From positions 24,986,001-25,050,000 of the forward strand of contig OX597816.1 in the NCBI GenBank assembly GCA_951406725.2: DNA of 64,000 nt, read 5' to 3'. Position 1 is the stretch's first letter. Every line of letters starts with the position of its first letter. Position numbers and translations under genes: made by a program. Of the stretch, positions 11,701 to 25,622 are shown piece by piece. The notes under the pieces were generated by a model that did no database searches, had not been told where the DNA came from, and saw only the letters and a list, made by a program, of their open reading frames with translations. Source of the DNA: Octopus vulgaris. Lineage: Eukaryota.

Positions 11701-11747
<47 letters not shown>

Positions 11748-11748
11748 G

Positions 11749-12170
11749 AGTGAGAGAGCAGTTCATGCCATCAAAGTGACACTGGGGTAAAATATACGAA
11801 GCCCAATATACACATCATGACTACCCATATGATAAGGGCACACCAGGCACATGCATCACAACCATATGTGCGCGACATGGTGATCTCATATCAAGATAAA
11901 CAGCGCATGACCTTGCAGGTGGGGCCCAGTTAGAATTTTCTTCAGGTTGAGTAGCCCATCCCGCTCAAAAGGTCCCTGAATAAGGGTTGTTTAAGGATGT
12001 TGAAAGGACCACCCATGTTTCCAGAGGTGAATTATTCAAACTCCAAAGAATCCCTCTCAACACATGGCTATGATGCTCCCCCACTACTTCTGCTCGTGAT
12101 CAGAGATGCACATATCGTCAGCCACTAAGGGACATGCTCAACTGGTTAAGGTCAAACAACTGACAAGCAA
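11749..12170 (-). mobile_element. 5'-truncated non-LTR element 3' region inserted in (TTA)n (Dong/R4-like targeting)
   Basis: Reverse complement of 35283-35706. (TTA)n on both sides. Confidence 0.6.
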
Positions 12171-12669
12171 ATTATTATTATTATTATTATTATTTAACTA
12201 TGGATTTATATTAAATTGATTAAGTATGTGTATATTTGCGTGTTTGTCTCTGTGTTGTTCCCCCCCCCCACCATCATCACCGCCACCACTATCCGATGTT
12301 GGTGTATTTATGTCCCCGTAATTTAGCGCGTTTCGGCAATAGAGACCGATAAAATTAGTACTAGGTTTACAAAGAACTAGTCCCGGGGCCGATTTATTCG
12401 ACTAAAACCCCCTTAAGGTGGTGCTCCAGCATGGCCCGCAGTGAAATGACTGAAACAAATGAAAGAATAAAAGAATGACAGAATAAAAGAGCAATTATGG
12501 AAATGAAATTCATTTTTGCCATAAATCAATAAATAATAATTAATAGCTTTTAAAATTTGCAGATATTGTGTAATTTTAACCAATCGCAAGCCACAGACAA
12601 ATTGGTTCTCGTTTCTATAGTAACAAGCCAAGCTCTTGACTGTTAAAAACTACAACCATTACGTACCTA

Positions 12670-13339
12670 TTGGGTTGTCTGGAAAGTTCGTGCCGATTTT
12701 TAAAGGAAAGAAAAAGGTCAATAAATACTTGCCATTACATTTTTAATCAACCAAATATGAACCATTTTGTTGCACAATTTTTCCTTTAACTTGAAAATAC
12801 TTATTTCTTTAGGTATTAAGTCCATTAATGTGTGTAACTGGTACTTAATTTATCGACCCCGAAAGGATGAAAGGTAAAGTCGACCTCGGCGGAATTTGAA
12901 CTCCGAACGTAACGGCGGACGAAATAATTGAGGAGGTTTCATGGAAAACAATTCATCAAGGTATCTTTTTACGTCATCCAAAGAATTGAAATTTTTATCA
13001 ATAAGGCTATTCTGCAGAGACCTGAATAAGTGGAAATCCAAAGGAGCAATATCTGGTGAATATGGAGGGTGGGGTAACACATCCCAGCCGAGCTGCAGCA
13101 ATTTTTGCCTGGTTCCCAAAGCATCAAGTGCCGAAAATGAACTTTCTTATTTTCCATTTTAAGGGGTTACAGAATTAGCACAGGTTATAGGAATATAAAC
13201 CTTCTTCCACGAAAAGATAGCTTAGACTGTGCTCTAAATGGAGGTGTTGTCAAATCCTATTTTATGAACTGAACCATGTTCTAAAATAAGTCGAAATGTA
13301 AGCTACTATAAATCGGCACGAACTTTCCGGATAACCCAA
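12670..13339 (-). mobile_element. Internally deleted mariner element with both TIRs and TA target sites
   Basis: TIRs ttgggttgtctggaaagttcgtgccgattt / aaatcggcacgaactttccggataacccaa. Transposase remnant LGWDVLPHPPYSPDIAPLDFHLFRSLQN. Nested SINE-B piece at ~12830-12925. Confidence 0.85.
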
Positions 13340-13744
13340 TATATACTTAGTTTTCGGTTTTGAATTTTCGCTATAAAAAAATGTTTTAATTGCGTGTATG
13401 AACTGAATTATTACTACAGCATAATGTACAGTTTTTCCGTAATTTTTCACCAAATATTTCATTGGAGATTCTTCTAATTTAAATTAACATGTCTGATCAA
13501 GCGGTTGTTTTGCATTCTTTTATCAAACAGGAAAAAAAAAAACCTAATGGGTCTTCTCTATTGCTGTCGCAGTTTTTGAAATTTTAAAATTGGGTGAAAA
13601 TTCTCAAATTTGATGTATTGGTGTAATTATTCATGTTGAATCTGATTTTGTTATTCACTTGTTCCAAAACAAATTTTGAAAACTGTTCTCTAAAAATATG
13701 TTACTAATTATTAATTAACCCCAGATCATATGCATAGGTCGGAC

Positions 13745-13905
13745 TGACCCTAAACCTTAATTCTCACCCTCAAACCCAAATCTAAGCACTAACTCTAACT
13801 CTAGAGCCTAATTTTAACCCTGAACCCAACCTTAAACCCGAAACCCTAAACACTAATTATAACTCTAAGTCTCAACCCTAAACCCCAACCCTAAACCCCA
13901 ATCCG
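13745..13905 (-). repeat. Degenerate interstitial telomere-like (CCCTAA) tract
   Basis: Multiple aaccctaa/aaaccct variants at the end of an AT-rich element resembling 9244-9750. Confidence 0.6.
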
Positions 13906-14112
13906 AAATCCTTTTACTTGTTTTAATCATTTGACTGCGGCCTTGCTGGAGCGCCGCCTTTAGTTGAACAAATCCTCCCCAGTACTTATTCTTTGCAAGC
14001 CTGGTACTTATTCTATCGGTTTGTCTTGCCGAACTGCTAAGTTACGGAGACGTAAACACACAGACCAAAGCCTTGTGAATGGATTTAGTTGACGGAAACT
14101 GAAAGAAGCCCG

Positions 14113-14177
<65 letters not shown>

Positions 14178-14178
<1 letters not shown>

Positions 14179-14660
14179 CAGGTGTTATTCAAATCATTTA
14201 TACTTCCAACATATGTTTCGAAAAAAGCATTGATATTATTCCTGAGGGGGAAAAATGATATAAAACAATGCAATCATCTCGTCAGGGAAAAAGGAACAAA
14301 ACACAGCAATAAGCCATTTTAAGCACATATTTACGTGCGTGGTAATCACATTCGGTTAAAAGGGCTTATTGATGTGATTTTTCCTTTTTTCACCCTGCCG
14401 AGATGATTGCATTGTTTTACATCATTTTCATTCCCTCCGGAATAATCTCGATGCCTTTTCCGAAACATATGTTGGAAGTATAAATGATTTGAATAACACT
14501 TGCGTTTGACTCCATTTCTTAATTTATCCATGTGATACAAAAACATTTCCTTTAACCCTGGAATTTTAAACTTTATATGTAGGCTGTAATATCCTTGGCA
14601 CTTATGTGAATTTTTGCTTTTTATTTATTTTTTCCTTGTTATTTTTTACACATTGAAAAA
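14178..14660. mobile_element. Penelope-like pLTR fragment as an inverted pair, each arm with a hammerhead
   Basis: 14178-14326 is inverted relative to 14354-14502. Homologous to the hammerhead-bearing end of the Penelope-like element at 28270-28600. Confidence 0.7.
14203..14290 (-). ncRNA. Type-I hammerhead ribozyme motif
   Basis: ttcc-CTGACGA-gatgattgcattg...caatgctttttc-GAAA-c-atat-g-TT-ggaag. The plus-strand twin at 14390-14478 has core CTGCCGA. Confidence 0.65.
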
Positions 14661-14681
14661 TATACATACATATATATATAT

Positions 14682-14729
<48 letters not shown>

Positions 14730-14732
<3 letters not shown>

Positions 14733-15019
14733 GAGGCGCAATGGCCTAGTGGTTAGGGAAGCGGACTCGCAGTCGTAGGATCGCGGTTTCGATTCCCAGA
14801 CCAGGCGTTGTGAGTGTTTATTGAGCGAAAACACCTACGAGGCTCCGGCATGGGGTGGTGATCCCTGCTGTACTCTTTCGCCACTCTTTCTACCACTCTT
14901 TCTTCTGTTGGCTTGCTCGCTTAGCCAGCGGGGTGGCGTCATTCGAAGGCTAAAACAATGCGAACGCATTGTGACCAGCGATGTGTAACTACATCTGATG
15001 GACTGGTCGTTCACGTGAT

Positions 15020-15027
<8 letters not shown>
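14730..15027 (+). mobile_element. SINE with a family-C tRNA head but a different 3' tail
   Basis: First ~150 nt match SINE-C. It then diverges into ...gcattgtgaccagcgatgtg...cacgtgatcacgtga(TA)n. Confidence 0.75.
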
Positions 15028-15056
<29 letters not shown>

Positions 15057-15059
<3 letters not shown>

Positions 15060-15967
15060 GGCCATCCCATAAATAATGCGTTTTTTCAATTGCATGAACT
15101 AAAAGTCGCAGATGGGGCGGGATTAACTACCTGCATCAACTTGCTATAAAAGCAGGTAGAAATTTTACCTTGCACTTATTCTTTGTGCAAGATTTGAAGA
15201 GTGCAGTTTGATTTTAACAGTTATTTTTTTAAAGCTATAATGTAAGTGACAAAGGAGCATATTCGGCATATTTTGCTTTATGAGTTCAATAAACCCAACA
15301 ACGCAACGGAAACTGCGAGGAATATTAATGCAGTATATGGGGATCGGACAATAAGCGTAAGCCAGTGTCAACGGTGGCTCCAGAAATTCCGAGCTGGAAA
15401 CTACAGCCTAGGAGACAAGCCTCGTCCAGAAAGATCTGTAGAGCTCAACGAAGACGTCATGCAAACCGTGGTGGATTAAAATCCCATCGTAACTATTGAG
15501 GGACTAGCAGAGAAGCTTGGATTTGGTCATTCAACCATTCATCGACCCCAGCGCTAGAAGAAAAACGACCTGCTTTGGTTTCAAGACTAAAGGTGTTCTT
15601 CCATCAGGATAATGCTCAGCCACTTAGAGCGATGATGACTGGTGCAGTTTGAATAGGAAACGATGCCCCACCCACCATATTCGCCGGACATTGCCCCATC
15701 TGATTATCATTTATTTCGCATCCTTCAAAATCGTTTGGACGGAAAGAATATGAATTCTGATGACGAGGTCAAAACAGTACTGGAGGAGTATTTTTCGTCA
15801 CGGACAAGTGAATTTTGGAAGAGGGGCCTTGCAAGTTTACCCGAGAGATGGAAGAGCATTGTAGAAAATGAAGGAGAGTACATTTGACATGAAAAAAGAA
15901 GTGTTTATCTTAATTTTGAAATATAAAGGAAGTATAAAAAAAACTGCATTATTTACGGGATGACCCT
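15057..15967 (+). mobile_element. Mariner transposon, internally deleted, with TIRs
   Basis: TIRs ggggccatcccataaataatgc / gcattatttacgggatgaccc. ORF pieces TKEHIRHILLYEF..., HQDNA, PHPPYSPDIAPSDYHLF...LPERWKSIVENEGEY. Confidence 0.9.
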
Positions 15968-15974
15968 CCCTCTC

Positions 15975-16498
<524 letters not shown>

Positions 16499-16832
16499 AA
16501 TATATATATAGGTGCAGGGAGGGTTCGCTAAGAAGAAACCGATAGAAAAGGTACCAGATTTAAAAATATATACTGGAGTCAATTTGAAAGCCGATAGTGT
16601 TTAAAGCTGTGCCCCAGCGTGGCCGCAGGTCAATGACTGGAATAAGTAAACGAACAAAAGAATTTTACGTTATACAGTCCATCCGTTTTAAAAAGGACTA
16701 AAGTGTATGATTTGATGGAGAATTGGCTGCTATTTCTAGCAAATCGAGGGATAGTATAGGGACTACTCCATTAGTTCGTACTGAGTCCGCTGTTTTCCTT
16801 GTTTAGCTCAGGTTGTTCCTAGCTGAACTGTC

Positions 16833-17800
16833 CACAGAGAGGACAAACAAGGACAGACAAACAAATTAAGTCGATTACATCGACCCCAGTGCGTAACTGG
16901 TACTTATTTAATCGAACCTGAAAGGATGAAAGGCAATATCGACCTCGGCGGAATTTGAACTCAGAACGTAGCGGCAGACGAACGGCGTGCTAACGTTTCT
17001 TATTTCTTTACTGCCCACAAGGAACTAAACATAGGGAGGACGAACAAGGACAGACAAAGGAATTAAGTCGATTACATCGACCCCAGTGCGTAACAGGTAT
17101 GAATTTATCGACCCCGAAAGGATGAAAGGCAAAGTCGACCTTGGCGGAATTTGAACTCAGAACGTAGCGGCAGGCGTAATACCTATTTCTATGTCTTTAC
17201 TACCCACAATGGGCTAAACACAGAGAGGACAAACAAGGACAGACAAAGGAATTAAGTCGATTATATCGACCCCAGTGCGTAACTGGTACTTAATTTATCG
17301 ACCCCGAAAGGATGAAAGGCAAAGTCGACCTCGGCGGAATTTGAACTCAGAACGTAACGGCAGACGAACATCGTTCTAACTTTTCTTATTTCTTTACTAC
17401 CCACAAGGGGCTAAACACAGAGAGGACAAACAAGGACAGACAAAGGAATTAAGTCGATTACATCGACCCCAGTGCGTAACAGGTATGGATTTATCGACCC
17501 CGAAAGGATGAAATGCAAAGTCGACCTCGGCGGAATTTGAACTCAGAACGTAGCTGCAGGCGTAATACCTATTTCTTTACTACCCACAAGGGGCTAAACA
17601 CAGAGAGGACAAACAAGGACAGACAAACGGATTAAGTCGATTATATTGACTCCAGTGCGTAACTGGTACTTAATTTATAGACCCCGAAAGTATGAAAGGC
17701 AAAGTCGACCTCGGCGGAATTTGAACTCAGAACGTAACGGCAGACGAAATACCGTTAAGCATTTCGCCCGGCTTGCTAACGTTTCTGCCAGCTCGCCACC
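16833..17800 (-). repeat. Tandem array of ~5 SINE-B body units (~190 bp) behind one head
   Basis: Head ggtggcgagctggcagaaacgttagc at ~17800. Units are joined by alternating junction types. Confidence 0.85.
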
Positions 17801-17923
17801 TTACTATACGCGTCATATTGAAAGCTGAGGAAGAGATCAAGCTGGCTGTGGCTGATCGTTAAGCACCTATTCAGAAATACATATCACAATACTTAATGAA
17901 AAATCAAAGTTGCGATAAAGGAT

Positions 17924-18073
17924 AGGCGCAGGAGTGGCTGTGTGGTAAGTAGCTTGCTAACCAGCCACATGGTTCCGGGTTCAGTCCCACTGCGTGGCAT
18001 CTTCTGCAATAGCCTCGGGCCGACCAATGCCTTGTGAGTGGATTTGGTAGATGGAAACTGAAAGAAGCCTGTC

Positions 18074-18138
<65 letters not shown>

Positions 18139-18362
18139 GTGTGTGTGTGTGTGTGTGTGTGTTCTGTGTTTGTCCCCTTGGCATTGCTTGACAACCGATG
18201 CTGGTGTGTTTACGTCCCCGTCACTTAGCGGTTCGGCAAAAGAGACCGATAGAATAAATCCTGGGCTTACAAAGAATAAGTCCCGGGGTCGATTTGCTCG
18301 ACTAAAGTCGGTGCTCCAGCATGGCCGCAGTCAAATGACTGAAACAAGTAAAAGAGTAAAAG
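17924..18362 (+). mobile_element. SINE-A, full length
   Basis: Head, (TA)n(TG)n and tail all present. Confidence 0.85.
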
Positions 18363-18379
18363 ATAGAGAGAGAGAGATA

Positions 18380-18880
18380 TTGGTGACGTTATTGACATTT
18401 GGTTTGTTGTCATGTTTGTAGAGCAGAGCGGGCAGGTGGTTAATTGCCGAGACATCAAAGAGTGATATGTAGTCAAATGAGGGTCGATATGGATATGCAA
18501 TTGTTATTCATCCCTAATATCATAAAGCCATTCCGAAGCTGTGCCCGTCGTGAGCGCAGGAAGAGAAACCACGAGGCTGAGGAGAGATACAAAGATGACG
18601 AGAGGCCAGGAAGCACAGCTGTTACACGTGCGGCGGTAAGGATCACTTAAGGGTTTAATGTCCGGATGAGGCCGAAAGACAATGGAGAAAAGAATAGAGA
18701 GGCTGCAATAGCAACAAACAACAGGTGGGATGGATCAGTAGGAGCAGATAATCGCAAGCAGGGATAGAGAGATGAGTAAAGAATAAGAGAAAAATGTAGG
18801 AATACGAGCAGTGAAGTGCTGGATAATAGAAAACAGTCAGATAATAAGCGTTGATTAATTTCCACCCACATCAACTGATT
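18380..18880 (-). mobile_element. Decayed I/Nimb-like LINE ORF2 C-terminus
   Basis: HIHIDPHLTTYHSLMSRQLTTCPLCSTNMTTNQMSITSP resembles the RIGHTxLTHxYLL...CxxC...HIL..CP terminus of I-group LINEs. Confidence 0.4.
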
Positions 18881-19107
18881 CAGCGCCCGTTAAGTTAGAA
18901 CATCGACGTAGTCGCTGCACTTGGTAAAAGTATATAGCAATGTACCTCAAATTATACTCTGCTGTTTTGAAAAGTGAGATATTTTTGAATAATGTAGTCC
19001 AAAGAACGCAACATCTAAGAAATTATCGAAATGGTCATGAAGTTACTGGCCTTGTGCCAAAAATTGAAATCAATATAACGCATATGCTTCCGTAGTTTCT
19101 ACATCGT

Positions 19108-19595
<488 letters not shown>

Positions 19596-19859
19596 ATCGG
19601 TTGATAAAGAAGGTATTGTTTCATACATTGGCCAATGTAGCCTGCTTTTGCTCTTTCGTAGACAAGAGAAAAACCTCTGTTTGCTGTTTATTTTCTTTTA
19701 TATTTTCTTTCTTGTTATTCGATGGGAGTTTAAAGGATAGATGCATCTTCTTTTGTCACGTTGCTCCACCAAATAGATTTTTTTTTTCACATCTAAGACG
19801 TATCTCGCAACCAAATGAAGAATAAACAGCTTCCCACATCGCTTAAATCAGATTTTTGA

Positions 19860-20290
19860 CTAATTTGTTCGCTTGGCGAAATCGTAGATATACATATTGA
19901 ACAGGCAAATAAATGATTACAAACCTGACATCGTCATCAAAGATATAAGACAAAAAAACTTGCCCGTTAATTGATATTGCAGTGTCTACTGATAGAAACA
20001 TCTCAGCAAAGGAATTTGAAAAACTGTCGAAATATAAGGACCTTCAGATTGAGATATTTAAGACGTGGCAATTAAAAACCAAAGCTATTCCTGTTATTGC
20101 AGACGCCCTGGAAATGATCAAGAAAGGTATTGACAAATTTTTTGACCAGATCTCTGGGAAACCAACAATCTATGAGACTCAAAATATTGTAGTGACATCA
20201 ACTGCCCACATTCTCAGGAAGTTTCTCTCCATCTAATATATATGTGCCCAAAATGAGCTGGATGTTGAGACCCATAAATCACTGGGTGGA
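19860..20290 (+). mobile_element. Non-LTR retrotransposon 3' end with restriction-like endonuclease (R2/R4/NeSL group)
   Basis: KPDIVIKD...LIDIAVSTDRNISAKEFEKLSKYKDL...W...IPVI is a PD-(D/E)xK RLE motif. Confidence 0.75.
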
Positions 20291-20322
20291 ATTCCGCTTT
20301 ACCCACCCCATATAATCCTATA

Positions 20323-20729
20323 TACTCTTTTACTTGTTTCAGTCATTTGACTGCGGCCATGCTGGAGCACCACCTTTAGTCGAGCAAATCGACCCCGGGA
20401 CTTATTCTTTGTAAGCCCAGTACTTATTCTATCGGTCTCTTTTTGCCGAACCGCTAAGTGACGGGGACGTAAACACACCAGCATCGGTTGTCAAGCGATG
20501 CTGGGGGGACAAACACAGACACAAAAACACACACACATACATACACATATATATATACATATATACGACAGGCTTCTTTCAGTTTCCGTCTACCAAATCC
20601 ACTCACAAGGCATTGGTCGGCCCGAGGCTATAGCAGAAGACACTTACACAAGATGCTACGCAGTGGGACTGAACCTGGAATCATGAGTTTGGTAAGCAAG
20701 CTACTTACCACACAGCCACTCCTGCGCCT
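20323..20729 (-). mobile_element. SINE-A, full length
   Basis: Consensus match. Confidence 0.85.
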
Positions 20730-20974
20730 ATATAACCATTTTTTTTTAATTTTCAGAAAATATTTGCGAATCTATGTCCTACACACAGGAATTCATACGA
20801 TTATGCATTCACCCCCCACAAAACAAAAATTTTTGGTGTGTAATTTAAGGCCTATTTAGCTATTATTTTTAGCACATTTCACGACCACTTCATACCCTCT
20901 TCGTTTGTTAGTCAGACTGACGTATTGATGCTTTTCAATATCTATTTCTTTATTACCCACAAGGGGCTAAACAA

Positions 20975-21129
20975 GAGTGGCTGTGTGGTAAGTAGCTTGC
21001 TAACCAACCACATGGTTCCGGGTTCAGTCCCACTGCGTGGCATCTTGGGCAAGTGTCTTCTGCTATAGCCCCGGGCCGACCAATGCCTTGTGAGTGGATT
21101 TGGTAGACGGAAACTGAAAGAAGCCTGTC

Positions 21130-21195
<66 letters not shown>

Positions 21196-21412
21196 ATATG
21201 TTTGTGTGTCTGTGTTTGTCCCTCCCCCAAGCATTGCTTGACAACCGATGCTGGTGTGTTTACGTCCCCGTCACTTAGCGGTTCTGCAAAAGGGACCGAT
21301 AGAATAAGTACTGGGCTTACAAAGAATAAGTCCCGGGTTCGATATTTGCTCGACTAAAGTCGGTGCTCCAGCATGGCCGCAGTCAAATGACTGAAACAAG
21401 TAAAAGAGTAAG
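20975..21412 (+). mobile_element. SINE-A
   Basis: Consensus match. Confidence 0.85.
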
Positions 21413-21888
21413 AGAGAGAGAGAGAGAGAGATAAAATTTCTAAAAATTAACCAAGAAATTCTTTTGTTTAATTTCCAAAAATTTTTTTAAAGAAATTTTT
21501 TTTGTCTCAATCATGTGAATTCCCGTGTATAGAATATAAATTCACAAATCTGAAAATTCCCCAAAATAAAAAAGTGGGTTATATGGGGTACTTAAAGCAG
21601 GATTCCGAGATCCACTGGTCGACCAACACAAGGTGCACGAGAGAAAATGCTGGATATCCTGGGAGACAGAGGCGCCTCTGTTACTACGCTTGTGTTTTGG
21701 GTAGGGCTTTCTTTGAGAAGCAAACTGAACCGCACTGGTCACACGAAAGGGACTCTTTCGTGCCCTTCACGGGAAAGGGCACTTGTAATCCTCGTATATT
21801 TACCAACATGTTTCAATTTGGTGCGTTCAACAACGGTTGTTTTCGAATTCTTTAAATACCAGTAGCAATCAGATTCTTCCACGGGAAT

Positions 21889-22264
21889 AGAGAGAGAGAG
21901 AGGTAGAGAGAGAGAGAGGGGGGGGAATAGAGAGAGAGCGGTAGAGAGAGACAGACATACAGATAAATGAATAGAGAGACCGGCAAAGGCAGATAGGCAG
22001 GCAGACAGACAGACATATAAATAGACAGATAGATAGATAGACAGACAGAAAAGTAGACAGAAAGATGAATATAGATAGGCAGACAGACAGGCAGGCAGGC
22101 AGACAGACAGACAGACAGACAGGCAGACAGACAGACAGACAGACAGACAGGCAGACAGACAGACAGATAGATAGATAGATAGATAGATAGAAAGAAAGAT
22201 AGATTGACAGACAGACAGACAGACAGACAGGTAGGTAGATAGATTGATAGATAGATAGATAGAG

Positions 22265-22321
<57 letters not shown>

Positions 22322-22401
22322 TACAAGCATGAAACAGGCGTACATATGGATACCTCCGTATCCATGTGCATATCTATACGTACAGACACGCAGAAACATA
22401 C

Positions 22402-22490
<89 letters not shown>
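21889..22490. repeat. Compound microsatellite (GA)n,(GACA)n,(GATA)n,(CA)n
   Basis: Direct inspection. Confidence 0.9.
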
Positions 22491-22491
<1 letters not shown>

Positions 22492-22863
22492 AACATACGT
22501 AAACATACAATTTACACGTAAACATTTGATAATGATATCCACCATTAGATTTTTGTTTCGCTTTCCAAATTCAACGAAGGAACATTTTACAAGCGTTTCA
22601 TAATCAAAGATTCTGATTGGCAGGAGTCAGTGGACGCCACGCCCACAACCTTCCCTTAAGTTATTTCTGTATACGATCTAGATATACCGCTCAATTTCAT
22701 TCGCTTTCTTTCGCATCCTGTATCTGTTTATTCTTTTAATCTTGTTTTTTTTTAAACAGCCTCTCTATGAATAATATATTCATCTAAGTACCTTCTTATC
22801 TATCTATTTATCTATTTATTTACGTCTGTCTGACTGTCTGCTGTCTGTCTGTCCGTCCGTCTG

Positions 22864-22942
<79 letters not shown>

Positions 22943-22944
22943 TT

Positions 22945-23039
<95 letters not shown>

Positions 23040-23043
<4 letters not shown>

Positions 23044-24396
23044 TAGATATGTTTCGACCAATGATTGGTCCAGGCCATGTCTAACTTAATAGCACCACCT
23101 GATAGGATTATTTGAATCCTGTTTAAGTCAAGTTTTGTTTAGGGTCCATTCAAGTAGTGAGTTTTTGTTGGGTGAGTTGTATCCAATTATGGGTGGCTTA
23201 TCTGGTATTCCTTGAAGGAATCTATCCAGTCTCCGTTTAAAGTTAATGGGATCCTGTTCCTCTTTGATCTCTTTCGGGACAATGTTAAATAGGGCAGGGC
23301 CTGTTGAGGAAAAGAAATTATGTTGTAGTGTACATGTATGCTGTGATCTTGAATTGGGCAGGGGACGTATGGCCCGTGGTTCCAGTCTTGGATGAACCTT
23401 GAAGCTAATGTTCAGGTCGTTTGGGCAAAGTTGGCGGTATATTCTCCACATCGTACAAATGATGTACCGCTCACGGCGACGCTGGAGAGAGTAGAGTTTC
23501 AAGGCTTTAAGGCGATCCCAATAATCGAGAGCAGCCATGCCTTCAATTCGTTTAGTGGGTGCTCTCTGGGGTGATTCAATCCTCGAGATGTTTTGTCTTG
23601 TATGGGGAGACCACAGTGGGCAGCAGTATTCGAGGTGTGGCCGTACAAAGGAGGAGAAAAGTGGTATGATGACGCCTTGTTCTCTGGACCGGAAAGTTCT
23701 TAAGATCCAGGAACTCATCCTACGAGCTATATCGACCTTCTTGTTGACGTGTGCACTCCAACTGAGATCGTCATCAACAATTACACCTAGGTCTCTGATG
23801 TTGTTAGAGGCTGTGAGCGGTCCCCTGAAGGAAGAGAGTATGGCTGTTTTAGTGCAGAATTTCTTCCAAAATGCATCAGCTCAAATTTCCCCTCGTTCAG
23901 TTGCATTTTGTTTCTGTCTGCCCATTGACTCATAGCATATAGATCAGACTGGAGTTGAGTTCGGTCTGCTTCTTCTTTGACGATTTGCTGGAGCTTGGTG
24001 TCATCAGCAAATATTTTCACTTTGCAGTAATGTACGACACTGGAAAGGTCGTTTATGTAGATTATGAAGAGTAGCAGACCCAAGACAGTCCCCTGGGGGA
24101 CACTGCTGGTGACTTTTGCTGGGCTTGAGTGGACTCCATCAACTACAACATGTTGTGTTCTATTCGCCAGGAAATACTTGATCCAGTGTAGAACTTTTCC
24201 GCGGATTCTAACATTTGCCAATTTTGAGAGTAGGATATTATGGTCTACCCTGTCGAACGCTTTACTGAAGTCAAGATATATGACATCAGAGTTCGAACCT
24301 GTTCCCAAGGCTTTGAGTACATCTTCAATGTGGTGTAAGAGCTGTGTTAGACAGTCCCTGTCACAGCGAAAGCCATGCTGATTTGCATTTAGGAGT
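23040..24396 (-). mobile_element. 5'-truncated CR1-group LINE: reverse transcriptase, ORF2 C-terminus and 3' tail, frameshifted
   Basis: ORFs 23787-24422 (NQHGFR, YLDFSKAFDRVDH, VPQGTVLG, IFADDTK) and 23128-23718 (VRPHLEYCCPLWSP, LYSLQRRRERY). Frameshift near 23810. Confidence 0.92.
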
Positions 24397-24408
24397 TTGT
24401 ATACACAT

Positions 24409-24456
<48 letters not shown>

Positions 24457-24520
24457 TTTTTGTGTCATCAAAATGTTTTGCGTTCTTGTCCCAGTTTGTA
24501 TTTTTTATACATATACATAT

Positions 24521-24603
<83 letters not shown>

Positions 24604-24607
<4 letters not shown>

Positions 24608-24800
24608 ATCCAAACAAGAAAGCACAAAAAAAAACACAACAACGCGAGGACGTAGAACAAATATTGTATTATTGGACGCTCAGGAAAGAAGGAGGGTTTA
24701 ACGTTTCGAGCGGAGCTCTTCGTCGGAAACATAGGAGAAGGAAAGATCCAGAGAAGGGAAGACAGAGGAAAAAAATCGCCAACGGTACACATGCGGTCAC
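24604..24800 (-). mobile_element. Short element in (TA)n with hammerhead motif (24696-24730)
   Basis: gttt-CCGACGA-a-gagc[tcc]gctc-GAAA-cg-tt-aaac. Related copy at 46785-47005. Confidence 0.6.
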
Positions 24801-24829
24801 TTATATATATACATATATATATGTGTGTA

Positions 24830-25410
24830 TGCTTTTTGTGGAAGAGAAATGCTGCCAAGAACTGCTAAACGGCGAGTTAGGGATGCTGTGGCTATTGATG
24901 TGCAGGCATGCACTGAGGCTGAGGCATCTCTGGATGGTGGCCAGGTGTGGAATTCGCTTGCAGGGGAATTCTTTCCACGACCGGCTTCCTTAGATGAATT
25001 TACACCCGATTTGATAAAAAAGACAGAACACGACTGAATGGCAAAAGGCTGAATGGCTAATCCACAGGGCGGGCAAGGCCGGCAGCAGGAATACCACCTT
25101 TGTATTTTATAAAGAGACGATAGAGTATAAGAGCGATGACGTCCTAGGAGAGGCTCTAGGGTTCGATGAGAACCAGCTAACCAACTTGTTTCAAAAAATC
25201 TTTAGGTCGGGGTATTTGGATAATTACCAAAGATCCCTGACCTGGCAGTATTACCGATGGTTGTGATGCGCTGATGACGGGTCAATACCCAGAAACTCGG
25301 TTCCGTGTGTATCATGTCAGCCTGGAGATGGGAAAGATGACGTCCCTTTGCAAATACAGATAGGGCACAGAAAGTGTGTCAATAGCCTGCTGGAGTAGCA
25401 TTTACCCTTA
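24830..25410 (+). mobile_element. CR1-like LINE ORF2 end and 3' region containing a hammerhead-like motif
   Basis: QVWNSLAGEFFPRPASLDEF resembles the CR1 terminal WNxLP...SL..F motif. CTGATGA-c-gggt[caat]accc-a-GAAAC at 25271-25296. Confidence 0.4.
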
Positions 25411-25445
25411 AAGGTTACCCACATTTAGGTGGCAAATATACTTCA

Positions 25446-25492
<47 letters not shown>

Positions 25493-25522
25493 CAACAACA
25501 TATGCATATATATAAACATATA

Positions 25523-25571
<49 letters not shown>

Positions 25572-25622
25572 CGGGGTGAGTACTTGATAATTGTAAGCAC
25601 CTGTATATACCGTTTGGTGGTG

